NCBI GenBank assembly: GCA_002422875.1 | Contig: DITT01000027.1 | Span: forward strand, 11,482 to 75,481 | Length of the DNA: 64,000 nt | Origin: Rickettsiales bacterium UBA6177 | Lineage (GTDB): Bacteria; Pseudomonadota; Alphaproteobacteria; Rickettsiales; UBA6177 | Direction of reading: 5' to 3' | Shown: positions 10,274 to 20,746 of the stretch, piece by piece | How positions within the stretch are numbered: position 1 is the stretch's first letter | Layout: the number at the start of each line of letters is the position of its first letter | The notes under the pieces: model-generated | Databases searched by the model: none | Told to the model about the DNA's origin: nothing | Seen by the model: the letters and a program-made list of their open reading frames with translations, nothing else | Made by a program: the position numbers and the translations under genes

Positions 10274-11770
10274 TTATCTCACTATATTATTAATAATAGT
10301 TACTACAGGTTCAATTTTACTAGTTATAACAATCGGATAAATACCTAGAATGATAATTAAGGCTACTAACGGTAAAAATGCTAATAATTCTAAGTAAGTT
10401 AGATCCTTAACATCTGTAATTTTAGCTTTAAATTCACCGTAAATTACATTTTTAACTAAAGAAAGCATATATACTGCTCCCAAAACTATTCCTAGACCTG
10501 CAAATAATGCTAAAAATTTATTATGCATATAAATACTCATCAATACAAGAAACTCACCTATAAAGCCAGAAGTTGCTGGCAATCCGATTGAAGCCATAGT
10601 TAAAAATACGAAAATTAATGAGAATCTTGGCATTACATGTACAATACCGCCAAGTTCTGAAATTTGTTTAGTATGAAACCTTTCGTATAAAATCCCAACT
10701 GCAAAAAATAACCCTGCAGAAATTAAGCCATGGCTAATCATTTGAAATATAGATCCGGTTATTCCTATCGTTGAATTCGAGAATATTCCTATAGTAACAT
10801 AGCCCATATGAGCAATTGATGAATAAGCAATCATTTTTTTGATATTATCTTGAGCCATCGCAACTAGAGATGCATAGATTATAGCTATAATACTTAAAGT
10901 AAAAATGATTGGCGCAATATCTTTCATAATTTGCGGAAAAAGTGTTAAACAAAATCTAATCATTGCATAAGCGCCAAGCTTAATTAAAATACCAGCCAGA
11001 ATCATCGATCCTGCAGTAGGTGCTTGCACATGTGCATCAGGAAGCCATGTGTGTACAGGCCACATTGGGATTTTAATTGCAAAAGCTATTAACATTGCAA
11101 TACAAAGATATAGCTGCACTTTATAATCAAGAAATTGAATTTCTTTGACTAAATTTAAAATATTTGTTGCACCAACATACTTAAAGATAAAAATAATTGC
11201 AATTAGCAACAATACAGATCCTGCAAAAGTATATAAAAACAACTTTAATGCTGCAAATCCTCTATTCTCACTACCCCAGCCAAGAATAAGTATAAAAATT
11301 GGAATTAAAGAAGCCTCAAAGAAAAAATAAAATAAAAATAAGTCAATTGCAGTAAAAGCCCCAATAATTAACGCTTGAAGCATTAGGAGACAAATATAAT
11401 ATCGTTTTATTTTTGTAGTGATAGTATTAAAGCTTACGATAAAACAAATTAAAATTAAAGCTGAAGTTAGTGATACAAATAATATTGATAAATTATCAAA
11501 CCCTAAAATAAAAATTTCATTTAAAAAATTTGAGCCTATTATTTGATTCAGCTTTAAATACTGAGTTTGCTCAGTATTACTATAACCTTCTATATGAATA
11601 AATGCACCATAATCACTCGATGTAGCAAATATAAACATGCAAACTAACATCATGATTGATGCAGTTGTTATAGCGCTAAACTTAATAATTTTTTGGTTTC
11701 TTTCTGGGATAAATAAAATTATCAAAGAAGTTAAAATTGGTAGAATTATCAAATATAAAATTATAGGCAT
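10274..11770 (-). CDS. nuoM: NADH-quinone oxidoreductase subunit M
   Basis: 498 aa. Conserved block WLPDAHVQAPTAGSMILAGILIKLG, and its position lies between nuoL and nuoN. Confidence 0.93.
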   Translation of the reverse strand: MPIILYLIILPILTSLIILFIPERNQKIIKFSAITTASIMMLVCMFIFATSSDYGAFIHIEGYSNTEQTQYLKLNQIIGSNFLNEIFILGFDNLSILFVSLTSALILICFIVSFNTITTKIKRYYICLLMLQALIIGAFTAIDLFLFYFFFEASLIPIFILILGWGSENRGFAALKLFLYTFAGSVLLLIAIIFIFKYVGATNILNLVKEIQFLDYKVQLYLCIAMLIAFAIKIPMWPVHTWLPDAHVQAPTAGSMILAGILIKLGAYAMIRFCLTLFPQIMKDIAPIIFTLSIIAIIYASLVAMAQDNIKKMIAYSSIAHMGYVTIGIFSNSTIGITGSIFQMISHGLISAGLFFAVGILYERFHTKQISELGGIVHVMPRFSLIFVFLTMASIGLPATSGFIGEFLVLMSIYMHNKFLALFAGLGIVLGAVYMLSLVKNVIYGEFKAKITDVKDLTYLELLAFLPLVALIIILGIYPIVITSKIEPVVTIINNIVR

Positions 11771-11784
11771 AAATTGTTTTCCAT

Positions 11785-13716
11785 TTAATATAATTTAGAC
11801 CAAATAAACCAGGATAGAATTACCACCACTCCTACAAGTAAACTAAAGGCATAATGATATATATAACCGCTATGTATTAACCTTAATCTTTGAGCAAATA
11901 TATTTACAACATTTACAATCCCTAACGGACCGCAACCATCGATAATTTTTATTTCAATAAGAGTATTTGTAATAGAAGCAAGTTTTTTTAGATTATTTAC
12001 AAAAATATACTGATAAAACTCATCAAAATACCACTTATTAAATAAGAAATTATGTAGTTTTTGCCATTTTTGTTTTAAGTCATTTAAATATTCTCTTTTT
12101 AAAGTAACATACACAAAGACTGCAAATATTAACCCCAAAAGCGAAGCAATTAATGGCATATATTTAATTAAAAATGGTAAAGCATGCATGTCAAGATATT
12201 GTGACTTTATAATATCAACACTAATGCTATCTAACCAAAAATTTGAATTTGATTCAACTATTCCCATTTTATAAGCAAGAATACCACTAAATATCGAACC
12301 AATTATTAGCAATATCATTGGTAATAACATTATTTTTGGCGACTCATGTGGTAGTGTTAAGTCTGAATAGTTTTTTTGCCCTGCAAATACTACTATCATT
12401 AACCTCCAAGAGTAAAATGAAGTTAAAAAAGCAACTAATACTCCAACATAATAAGCAAAATTACCAAAATATGTTTGGCTTGCAAATGCTGACTCTAAAA
12501 TTGCATCTTTTGAATAAAACCCTGCAAATGGATAGAAACCAGAAATAGCAATTGTGCCTATTAAAAAATAAATAAAACTTATTGGCATTTTATTATAAAG
12601 CCTACCCATTTTAAATATATTTTGTTCACCGTTTAAGCCATGTATTACCGAACCTGCACTTAAAAAAAGCAATGCTTTAAAAAAAGCATGTGTCATTAAA
12701 TGAAACATTCCTGCATTATATGCTCCAACTCCACAAGCAAAGAACATATAACCAAGCTGACTACATGTTGAATAAGCAATTATTTTTTTAATATCAGTTT
12801 GTACAATTGCAACCGTTGCTGCAAATAATGCAGTTATCGCACCTATATAAGTAATAAGCTCACGAGCAATTATTGTTTGATCATATAGAAAAGAAAATCT
12901 AGCAATTAAAAAAATACCAGCAGTAACCATCGTAGCAGCATGGATAAGTGCTGATACTGGGGTTGGGCCTTCCATTGCATCTGGCAACCATATATGTAAA
13001 CCAATTTGTGCTGACTTACCCATTGCTCCTAAAAACAATAATATTCCTATAAATTCTAGTGCTTTAATATTAATACCAAATAATATAATTTGATTATCAG
13101 TAATAACATTTAATTTATTTTTTATGATTTCAAAATCAAAACTGCCAAAACAATAATAAATTGCCATTATCCCGACTAAAAGAAATAAATCTCCAACCCT
13201 ATTTACAATAAAAGCTTTTTTAGCAGCTAAGTTAGCTGAGTTTTTATCGTACCAAAATCCAATAAGTAAATATGAGCTTAAGCCCACTCCTTCCCAACCG
13301 ACAAAAAGTTGTAACAGATTAGAAGATACAACAAGAAGCAACATAAAAAATGTAAATAACGATAAGTAAGCCATAAATCTTGCTTGCGACTTATCATTCC
13401 CCATATAACCAATAGAATAGCAATGCACAACTGCTGAAACATTAGTTATCACTATTAGCATTAAGGATGATAGCTTATCAATTTTAATTTCCCAACTTGT
13501 ACTAAAGTCAGAAAATTTTATAAAATCACCTATTTTTAGCGTATAAGAAGCATTACTCGAGATAAGATTTATAAAAATTATCCATGCTAAAATTGCAGTT
13601 ATTGTAATAGCACAAGTAGCAAATATTTTAGAATATCTTTTATTACAATTTATTAAAAATAAGCCACAAAATACCGCGCTTAGAATAGGTAGAAATAAAA
13701 GCCAAAACTCAAGCAT
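11785..13716 (-). CDS. nuoL: NADH-quinone oxidoreductase subunit L
   Basis: 643 aa. It has the block WLPDAMEGPTPVSALIHAATMVTAG and a long C-terminal extension typical of NuoL. Confidence 0.93.
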   Translation of the reverse strand: MLEFWLLFLPILSAVFCGLFLINCNKRYSKIFATCAITITAILAWIIFINLISSNASYTLKIGDFIKFSDFSTSWEIKIDKLSSLMLIVITNVSAVVHCYSIGYMGNDKSQARFMAYLSLFTFFMLLLVVSSNLLQLFVGWEGVGLSSYLLIGFWYDKNSANLAAKKAFIVNRVGDLFLLVGIMAIYYCFGSFDFEIIKNKLNVITDNQIILFGINIKALEFIGILLFLGAMGKSAQIGLHIWLPDAMEGPTPVSALIHAATMVTAGIFLIARFSFLYDQTIIARELITYIGAITALFAATVAIVQTDIKKIIAYSTCSQLGYMFFACGVGAYNAGMFHLMTHAFFKALLFLSAGSVIHGLNGEQNIFKMGRLYNKMPISFIYFLIGTIAISGFYPFAGFYSKDAILESAFASQTYFGNFAYYVGVLVAFLTSFYSWRLMIVVFAGQKNYSDLTLPHESPKIMLLPMILLIIGSIFSGILAYKMGIVESNSNFWLDSISVDIIKSQYLDMHALPFLIKYMPLIASLLGLIFAVFVYVTLKREYLNDLKQKWQKLHNFLFNKWYFDEFYQYIFVNNLKKLASITNTLIEIKIIDGCGPLGIVNVVNIFAQRLRLIHSGYIYHYAFSLLVGVVVILSWFIWSKLY

Positions 13717-13718
13717 AT

Positions 13719-14054
13719 TTACCCCTTTAATTTGTTTAAATCTTGAATTTCGATATTCTTATTATTTTTATAGCATACCATAACAATTGCAAGCCCTATA
13801 GCTGTTTCAGCAGCAGCAACAGTTAAAATAAAAATAGTAAAAATATGCCCTTGAAGGTCTTTAAGATGAGCCGAAAATGCTATTAGATTTATGTTTACTG
13901 CAAGTAACATTAGCTCTATTGCCATTAATATAATTAACAAATTTCTTTTATTTAAAATAATTCCTACAATGCCAATTATAAAAATAATAGCACTCAGCAA
14001 TAAATAATGTATTAACTCTACTCTAAAAGTAAGGCTCTCGATTAAAGCTTCCAT
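13719..14054 (-). CDS. nuoK: NADH-quinone oxidoreductase subunit K
   Basis: 111 aa three-helix protein with the conserved AAAE ([13 protein letters not shown]) block. Its position also fits. Confidence 0.9.
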   Translation of the reverse strand: MEALIESLTFRVELIHYLLLSAIIFIIGIVGIILNKRNLLIILMAIELMLLAVNINLIAFSAHLKDLQGHIFTIFILTVAAAETAIGLAIVMVCYKNNKNIEIQDLNKLKG

Positions 14055-14674
14055 TACTTAATCCCCTTTTTGAATTCTACTTTCACAAGCTTTAAGCCAT
14101 TTTCTTTATTTCTTGCTAATTGCTGATTAATATTTTGCTTTTTTGTATTTAGTCCTCCATTACTCTTAAGAGTTAGAACTATTGAACCAAGCATAGCTAC
14201 AAGCAAAATTACACCTGAACAAATAAATGCAACGCTATAATCAGTATATAAAACTCTGCCGATAGCTTGTATATTATTTTCGCTTGCAATAATTGGCAAT
14301 TTTGTACCTTCTAAGATCAAATCTGAAGTAACTGAATGTTTGAATACCAGATATAGATCCACAAGTAAAATGCATCCAAGAATAATACTAAAAAGAATAT
14401 ATCTTAATTTACTAGATGGTTTTGTTGCATCTTGCTTTATATCAAGCATCATAACAACGAATAGAAAAAGAACAGCTACCGCGCCAACATAAACTACAAC
14501 AACCGACATCGCAATAAACTCTGCTCCAAGCAGCATAAATAAACCAGCTGAAGCAAAAAAACATAAAATTAAATTTAAAGCAGCAATCACTTGATTTTTG
14601 TGAGTTACAATTACAAATGCTGAAATGATCATAATTAACGAAAAAAAGAGAAAGCAGCTACTATAAACTAACAT
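14054..14674 (-). CDS. nuoJ: NADH-quinone oxidoreductase subunit J
   Basis: 206 aa membrane protein located between nuoI and nuoK. The stop and start share a base with nuoK. Confidence 0.85.
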   Translation of the reverse strand: MLVYSSCFLFFSLIMIISAFVIVTHKNQVIAALNLILCFFASAGLFMLLGAEFIAMSVVVVYVGAVAVLFLFVVMMLDIKQDATKPSSKLRYILFSIILGCILLVDLYLVFKHSVTSDLILEGTKLPIIASENNIQAIGRVLYTDYSVAFICSGVILLVAMLGSIVLTLKSNGGLNTKKQNINQQLARNKENGLKLVKVEFKKGIK

Positions 14675-14675
14675 A

Positions 14676-15170
14676 TTAACCCTCTAAATTATTTTTTTGT
14701 ATATTAGTTTTAGCAATATTTTGTAGGATCTGCTGTTCCCATTTTTCTCCATTTTTTAGTAATTTTTCTTTATCATAAAGCAATTCTTCATGAGTATAAG
14801 TTGAAAATTCAAAATTTGGAGTTTCTACAATAGCATCTACTGGGCAAGCTTCTTGGCAAAGCCCGCAATAGATGCATTTAGTCATGTCTATGTCGTATTT
14901 GGTGGTTCTTCTTGAACCATCTTCACGCTCTTCTGCTTCGATTACAATTGCTTGTGCTGGACAAATTGCTTCACATAATTTACAGGCAATACATCTTTCT
15001 TCACCACTTGGATATTTTCTAAGTGCGTGCTCCCCTCTAAATTTTGGGCTTATTTTTCCCTTTTCAAAAGGATAATTAATAGTTACTTTTTTTTTAAAAA
15101 AATATTTTAAAGTTAGCAACATTCCTGAAAGAAGCTCTAGTAAAAAAAATGACTTTAAAAACTTTAGCAT
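14676..15170 (-). CDS. nuoI: NADH-quinone oxidoreductase subunit I
   Basis: Two 4Fe-4S ferredoxin motifs are present: [12 protein letters not shown] and [12 protein letters not shown]. Confidence 0.95.
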   Translation of the reverse strand: MLKFLKSFFLLELLSGMLLTLKYFFKKKVTINYPFEKGKISPKFRGEHALRKYPSGEERCIACKLCEAICPAQAIVIEAEEREDGSRRTTKYDIDMTKCIYCGLCQEACPVDAIVETPNFEFSTYTHEELLYDKEKLLKNGEKWEQQILQNIAKTNIQKNNLEG

Positions 15171-15186
15171 AAAACTTTTTTTAACC

Positions 15187-16218
15187 TTAAATAATTGGTA
15201 ATAAGTTATTAAATTTCAAATAAGAAGCAACAAGTACTACCCAAAACAAAGTAAAAGGTAAAAACACTTTCCAACCAAGTCTCATCAACTGATCGTAGCG
15301 GTATCTAGGAAATGCCGCTCTAACCCAAATAAAACAAAATAAAACTGCAGATACTTTTAAAGCAAACCATAAGAATCCTGGCACTAAATTAAAATAATAG
15401 CAATCTATTGGCGCAAGCCAGCCTCCTAAAAACAAAATAACTAACATAGCACTTGTTAATATCATGTTGGCATATTCTCCTAAAAAGAACAATGCAAATG
15501 ACATTGAAGAATATTCAACATTATAGCCAGCAACAAGCTCAGATTCAGCTTCTGGTAAATCAAATGGATGGCGATTTGTTTCGGCTAAAATTGATATAAA
15601 AAATATTACCATCATCGGGAATAACATTAACTTTACAGACCAATGCATTGATTTTTGAGCAATTACTATTTCGTTTAGATTCAATGTTCCTGTAGCAAGC
15701 AAAACTGTAATTATTACAAGCCCTATTGAAACTTCATATGAAATCATTTGTGCTGACGATCTAATTGCACCTAAAAATGCATAATTATTATTACTAGACC
15801 AGCCAGCAATAATTACTCCATATACCTCTAAAGAAGAAACAGCAAGTAAATATAAAACTCCTAAATTTATGTCAGCAATTACAAAATTTGCAGATGTAGG
15901 AATAACAGCCCAGCCAATTAAGCTTAAAGTAAAAGTTATAATTGGAGCAATAATAAAAGTTATTTTATTTGCTTTGTTAGGAATAATAACTTCTTTAAAC
16001 ATCAATTTAATAGCATCTGCAAAAGGCTGAAATAAGCCTAGTGGCCCTACCACATTCGGGCCTTTTCTTAGTTGCATTGCCGCAATTATTTTACGCTCAA
16101 AATATGTTAAATAAGCTACACATAAAATTAAAGGGATAGTAACAGTTAAGATTTTACCTACTATAATAAGAATAGGGAAAATATAATTTGCTAAAACATA
16201 CTCGCTTATCATCTTCAA
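15187..16218 (-). CDS. nuoH: NADH-quinone oxidoreductase subunit H
   Basis: 343 aa. Conserved block [32 protein letters not shown]. It overlaps nuoG by 4 nt. Confidence 0.95.
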   Translation of the reverse strand: MKMISEYVLANYIFPILIIVGKILTVTIPLILCVAYLTYFERKIIAAMQLRKGPNVVGPLGLFQPFADAIKLMFKEVIIPNKANKITFIIAPIITFTLSLIGWAVIPTSANFVIADINLGVLYLLAVSSLEVYGVIIAGWSSNNNYAFLGAIRSSAQMISYEVSIGLVIITVLLATGTLNLNEIVIAQKSMHWSVKLMLFPMMVIFFISILAETNRHPFDLPEAESELVAGYNVEYSSMSFALFFLGEYANMILTSAMLVILFLGGWLAPIDCYYFNLVPGFLWFALKVSAVLFCFIWVRAAFPRYRYDQLMRLGWKVFLPFTLFWVVLVASYLKFNNLLPII

Positions 16219-18260
16219 TCTCTCACAAATTCTTTAGTACAATTTGCCATATTGCGTGATGATCTTGAAATAGGATCAGTCATATAAAAATTATATTTTT
16301 TAAGTTGTATTTCATTATTGTTTATTTTATAAGTTTCATTATATTTCAATATATTATCGCAGTAATTTAGCCCATCACTTGCAAAAATTGGATAATTTTT
16401 AATTAGCTCTTCTTGTAAATCAGATAGATTTTCAATATTTGTGTTAAAGCCTAGAATTTGAGCAATTTCATTAACTATTAAAAAATCTTCTTTTGCTTCA
16501 CCAGGAGGGAAAACAGCACGTGTTGTTTTTTGAATTCTGCCTTCTGTATTAACATAAGTTGCTGATTTTTCGGTAAATGCTGCCGCAGGTAACACAATAT
16601 TTGCATTACTGGCGCCATTATCACCGTGATGACCAATATAAACAGAGAATATATTTTTAAGTTTAGTAGTATCTATTTCATCACCACCTAGCATTATAAC
16701 TGCTTTTATTTTTTTATTTTCGCATTCATCAAGTAAGCTATTGATATTTTTGTCATTTTCTTGAACAAATCCAAGATCAAGCCCACCTACTCGTCCTGCA
16801 GCATTATGAAGCACATTATAGCCGTTCCAATCTTCTTTTATAAAACCATATTTACATGCTATCTGCTTACAAATATCTATAACTGAAAAAGCATCTTTGC
16901 GTGCTATTAAATCTTGACCTAAAATCATCATTGGAAAATTGGCTTCTTTTATAGCCTTAACTATCTTATGGTTACCATTTAAAATATCTTCTAACACCTT
17001 GATATTATTACCAAGGTTTTCATAAGTATAATTAAGATTATTTGCTTCACCGAGACAAAATACCGGATATTTTTTTTGTAAACTAGTTTTACGAATACGT
17101 GCATTAATTATTGGTGCATCATATCTAATGTTTGAACCTAGAATCAGACATAAATCAGATTTTTCAATGCCTGCAATAGTTGAATTAAATAAATATGTAT
17201 TTCTTGAGCCTTTCTCAAGTTTTTCACCATGAGTTCTACATTCAAAATTTTTAGAACCTAAATTAACAAGTAATTTCTTAAGTAGAAAACTTGATTCAAC
17301 ATCAGCTAAATTACCTGAGATTGCAGCTATTTCTTCACCTTTTAGATCTGCTAAAAATTCTTTAATAGATTGGTAAGCTTCTTTCCAAGTTGATTTTTCA
17401 AGCCTATCATTCTTACGTATCATTGGATAAAGTAGCCTTTGCATTTTTAAGCCATCATAAGCAAAGCGAGTTTTATCAGAAATCCATTCTTCATTAATTT
17501 CTTCGTTAATACGTGGTAAAACTCTCATTATTTCACCTTGCCTAGAATCAACTCTAATATTACTACCTACTGCGTCGAGTATATCTATAGTCTCTGTTTT
17601 TTTAAGCTCCCAACTTCTAGCTTTAAAAGCATATGGTTTTGACGTAAGAGCTCCAACAGGGCATAAATCAATCATATTGCCTGAAAGTTCAGAGGAGACT
17701 GCTTTATCAATATAAGTAGTAATTTCCATGTCTTCACCACGACCAATAGCACCAAGTTCATTATCTCCAGCTATTAAATCTGAAAATCTAATACATCTTG
17801 TGCAGTGAATGCAGCGCGTCATTTGCGTTTTTATTAGCGGACCAAAATCTTTATCCTCTACTGCTCTTTTTTCTTCTGCATACCTACTTCTATCGCTACC
17901 ATAAACATAAGCTTGATCTTGTAAATCACATTCCCCCCCCTGATCACAAACTGGGCAATCAAGTGGGTGATTAATAAGCAAGAGCTCCATTACGCCTTCG
18001 CGCGCTTTTTTTACTCTCTCAGTAGTAGTTTTGATTTTCATACCTTCAAAAACAGGTAAAGCACAAGAAGCTTGTAACTTAGGTGATTTTTCTATTTCAA
18101 CTAAGCACATTCTGCAGTTTCCTGCTATTTCTAGTCTTTCATGATAACAGAATCTTGGTATTTCAAGGCCAGCTTTTTCACAGGCTTGGAGTACAGTTAA
18201 ATTTGACTCAATTTCCACTTCCTGATCATCAATATAGACTTTTATCATAGGGTTTCTCAA
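16215..18260 (-). CDS. nuoG: NADH-quinone oxidoreductase subunit G
   Basis: 681 aa. The N-terminal 2Fe-2S/4Fe-4S cysteine clusters are [36 protein letters not shown] and [10 protein letters not shown]. Confidence 0.95.
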   Translation of the reverse strand: MRNPMIKVYIDDQEVEIESNLTVLQACEKAGLEIPRFCYHERLEIAGNCRMCLVEIEKSPKLQASCALPVFEGMKIKTTTERVKKAREGVMELLLINHPLDCPVCDQGGECDLQDQAYVYGSDRSRYAEEKRAVEDKDFGPLIKTQMTRCIHCTRCIRFSDLIAGDNELGAIGRGEDMEITTYIDKAVSSELSGNMIDLCPVGALTSKPYAFKARSWELKKTETIDILDAVGSNIRVDSRQGEIMRVLPRINEEINEEWISDKTRFAYDGLKMQRLLYPMIRKNDRLEKSTWKEAYQSIKEFLADLKGEEIAAISGNLADVESSFLLKKLLVNLGSKNFECRTHGEKLEKGSRNTYLFNSTIAGIEKSDLCLILGSNIRYDAPIINARIRKTSLQKKYPVFCLGEANNLNYTYENLGNNIKVLEDILNGNHKIVKAIKEANFPMMILGQDLIARKDAFSVIDICKQIACKYGFIKEDWNGYNVLHNAAGRVGGLDLGFVQENDKNINSLLDECENKKIKAVIMLGGDEIDTTKLKNIFSVYIGHHGDNGASNANIVLPAAAFTEKSATYVNTEGRIQKTTRAVFPPGEAKEDFLIVNEIAQILGFNTNIENLSDLQEELIKNYPIFASDGLNYCDNILKYNETYKINNNEIQLKKYNFYMTDPISRSSRNMANCTKEFVRD

Positions 18261-18296
18261 AAACTTATTTTTAAAATTACAAACTATCTAACAAAT

Positions 18297-18758
18297 TTAT
18301 TGAGATTTTTTTTCATCTTTAGAAAAAATCATTTTACTAATTAACGATTCTAAATTAACTGAAGATTGAGTAAATTTAATTTCATCACCATCTTTAAGAT
18401 TTTCTTCTTCAGCACCTACTTCAATAGTTATAAATTTATCACCAAGTAAACCAGAGCTTACAATATTAGCATTTGAATCTTTTGGTATTTTTATATCATT
18501 ACTAATTTTCAATTTTACAAGTGCGTTGTATTTATTTTGGTCCATAACTTTATCTAAAACAACACCAATTTTAACACCAGCTATCGAAACATTACTTCCT
18601 GTATCGATTCCTTCTGCATTAGAAAATCTTGCTTCAATTAAATATGTTTCATCCATAGAGCTAAGTATTTTAGTTTTATTCATTACAAGATTAACAAAAA
18701 AAACTGCAATACTAATAACTATAGCCCCTACGATTGTTTCAAAAACTCTTTGTTTCAT
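18297..18758 (-). CDS. mlaD: MlaD-like MCE-domain protein (outer-membrane lipid asymmetry system)
   Basis: 153 aa. An N-terminal anchor (ETIVGAIVISIAVFFV) is followed by an MCE domain (F..AEGIDTGSNVSIAGVKIGVV...SSGLLGDKFITIE). Confidence 0.8.
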   Translation of the reverse strand: MKQRVFETIVGAIVISIAVFFVNLVMNKTKILSSMDETYLIEARFSNAEGIDTGSNVSIAGVKIGVVLDKVMDQNKYNALVKLKISNDIKIPKDSNANIVSSGLLGDKFITIEVGAEEENLKDGDEIKFTQSSVNLESLISKMIFSKDEKKSQ

Positions 18759-18984
18759 AACATTTTATCCCTTTTATTACTTGCTGTGGTTGTTCATTTG
18801 TTAAATAGTGGAGCCAGTAATACCAATCTGCTGGTAACTTACTAGGATCCATTTCGTTTTTATATAATACAGCTCTTTTTTCACAATTTGCTCTATTTTT
18901 TTTATAATATTTATTACCCAATAAATCTGCTGCAACAAAAATATAAAAAAACTTATACTTTAAGGCATTAATATAGCAAAGCAT
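18739..18984 (-). CDS. NDUFA12-family protein (complex I accessory subunit homolog)
   Basis: 81 aa with the family blocks LLGNKYYKK, RAVLYKNEMDPSKLPADWYYWLHYLTNEQP. It overlaps mlaD by 20 nt. Confidence 0.75.
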   Translation of the reverse strand: MLCYINALKYKFFYIFVAADLLGNKYYKKNRANCEKRAVLYKNEMDPSKLPADWYYWLHYLTNEQPQQVIKGIKCYETKSF

Positions 18985-19217
18985 TGTACTCTATCTTTTA
19001 AACTATTTAATTAACTCCGAGTATATAATTAATAGAATATATTTTCTAGATGTTTTTTGCCCTTATGCTTAATAGCTCATATTTTTCTATCTTTACAAAA
19101 TTTGAGAACCTACTCTCATTCTAAGATATTCAAATTTTTGCAGATTAATAAAGACCCTTGATTGATGTATTGATATAATATATTTTGTTTCATTTAATTC
19201 TATTCTATAGAGTAATT

Positions 19218-20063
19218 ATGTTTATAAAAAAAATAAAACATCTAATGCAATATTTCATTTTATTGATTGTGGCGCGTATAGCTTTGTTATTTAGTTTTAC
19301 AGCGACCTCTAAGTTTTTTGGCAAATTATTCAAATTTATCGGACCTAGAATAAAACTATACAAAAGAGCTTCAGATAATATGTCTTTGGCTATGCCAGAA
19401 CTTCAAGGTAAAGAAAAACAAAATATATTACTCGATATGTTGGAAAATTATGGCCATTTCTTTGGTGAGTTTTTACATATATCATCACTAACTGATATTG
19501 AGTATAACAAAATTGTTCGTGGCCATAATCTACAAAATTTAGATTATCTTAAAGATGGTGGTTTCATTTTTAGTGCACATTTCGGCAATTTTGAAATAGC
19601 TACTAGAATTTTTCTATCATTAAATAAAAATGTTACAGTTGTTTATAGAAAAAATGATAATATTTACATTGATTCTTTTATACAAAAAACAAGAGAAAAT
19701 CATGGAGTAAAATTTGCAAGTAAAGGTAAAGCTATTAGACACTTAATACATGCACTCAAGTCAAAAGAAATTGTCATAGTATTTATTGATAAAATGGATA
19801 AAAAAGGTATACTAGTACCTTTTTTTGGTCGTAATGCCCTTACGAACGATTCAATAGCCAAACTTGCTATCCAGTATGATGTACCTTTGGTGCCATGTTT
19901 TACTGTTAGATCTCAAGATAAAAAATATATAGATGTCTATATTGAGTCACCACTAAAGAGCAAATCAGTATTTGAGCTATGTATAGAAATTAATAACACA
20001 TTTGAAAAATGGATTAGAAAATATCCAGCACAGTGGTTTTGGCATTTTAAAAGGTGGAATTAA
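19218..20063 (+). CDS. lipid A biosynthesis (lauroyl/myristoyl) acyltransferase family protein (LpxL/HtrB-like)
   Basis: The N-terminal anchor is followed by the acyltransferase block FIFSAHFGNFEIATR and C-terminal YPAQWFWHFKRW. The track ORF starts at TTG 19185, and I prefer ATG 19218. Confidence 0.8.
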   Translation: MFIKKIKHLMQYFILLIVARIALLFSFTATSKFFGKLFKFIGPRIKLYKRASDNMSLAMPELQGKEKQNILLDMLENYGHFFGEFLHISSLTDIEYNKIVRGHNLQNLDYLKDGGFIFSAHFGNFEIATRIFLSLNKNVTVVYRKNDNIYIDSFIQKTRENHGVKFASKGKAIRHLIHALKSKEIVIVFIDKMDKKGILVPFFGRNALTNDSIAKLAIQYDVPLVPCFTVRSQDKKYIDVYIESPLKSKSVFELCIEINNTFEKWIRKYPAQWFWHFKRWN

Positions 20064-20187
20064 AATCCTAATTTTTAAAAAAAAATTATAAATCATGCTA
20101 ACTAAATAAAACTACAATTTATCATTGACATTTTTTATTCCGATTATAACCTTTATTTCTAATAGAAAATTGTGATGTAGGTAAAGA

Positions 20188-20718
20188 ATGAAAAAATTAA
20201 TTATAATCCTGAGTTTGTTTTTTACTTCACAATGTTTTGCAAATACAGAGGAAAATATGGAAAATAAAATTTATATGGATTTAAAAGATGGTAGAGTTAC
20301 TATCGAATTACTACCAAACCTTGCCCCAAATCATGTAGCAAGAATTAAAGAATTAGTAGCCGAAAAGTTTTATGATAACATCGTGTTCCACAGAGTAATC
20401 GATGGTTTTATGGCGCAAACTGGTGATCCTACTGGCACTGGTGCAGGTGGTTCTGGTAAAAAAATTGATGCAGAATTTTCAAATGAACCTCATTTAAGAG
20501 GTGTGGTCTCTATGGCTCGAGCTGCTAACCCAAACAGCGCTGATAGCCAGTTTTTTATAGTACTCGCAGACTCTACCTATCTTGATAATCAATATACTGT
20601 TTTTGGCAAAGTAACTGAAGGCATGGAATTTGTTGATAAAATAAAGAAAGGAAACTCAGCTCAAAATGGTACAGTTGAAAACCCTGATAAAATAATAACC
20701 ATTACGCTGGCAAAATAG
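20188..20718 (+). CDS. ppiB: periplasmic cyclophilin-type peptidyl-prolyl cis-trans isomerase
   Basis: Signal peptide MKKLIIILSLFFTSQCFA. Cyclophilin blocks are FHRVIDGFMAQTGDPTGTG, SMARAANPNSADSQFFI and VFGKVTEGMEFVDKI. Confidence 0.92.
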   Translation: MKKLIIILSLFFTSQCFANTEENMENKIYMDLKDGRVTIELLPNLAPNHVARIKELVAEKFYDNIVFHRVIDGFMAQTGDPTGTGAGGSGKKIDAEFSNEPHLRGVVSMARAANPNSADSQFFIVLADSTYLDNQYTVFGKVTEGMEFVDKIKKGNSAQNGTVENPDKIITITLAK

Positions 20719-20746
20719 CATAAAAAAAAATTTGGGGAGATTAAAA

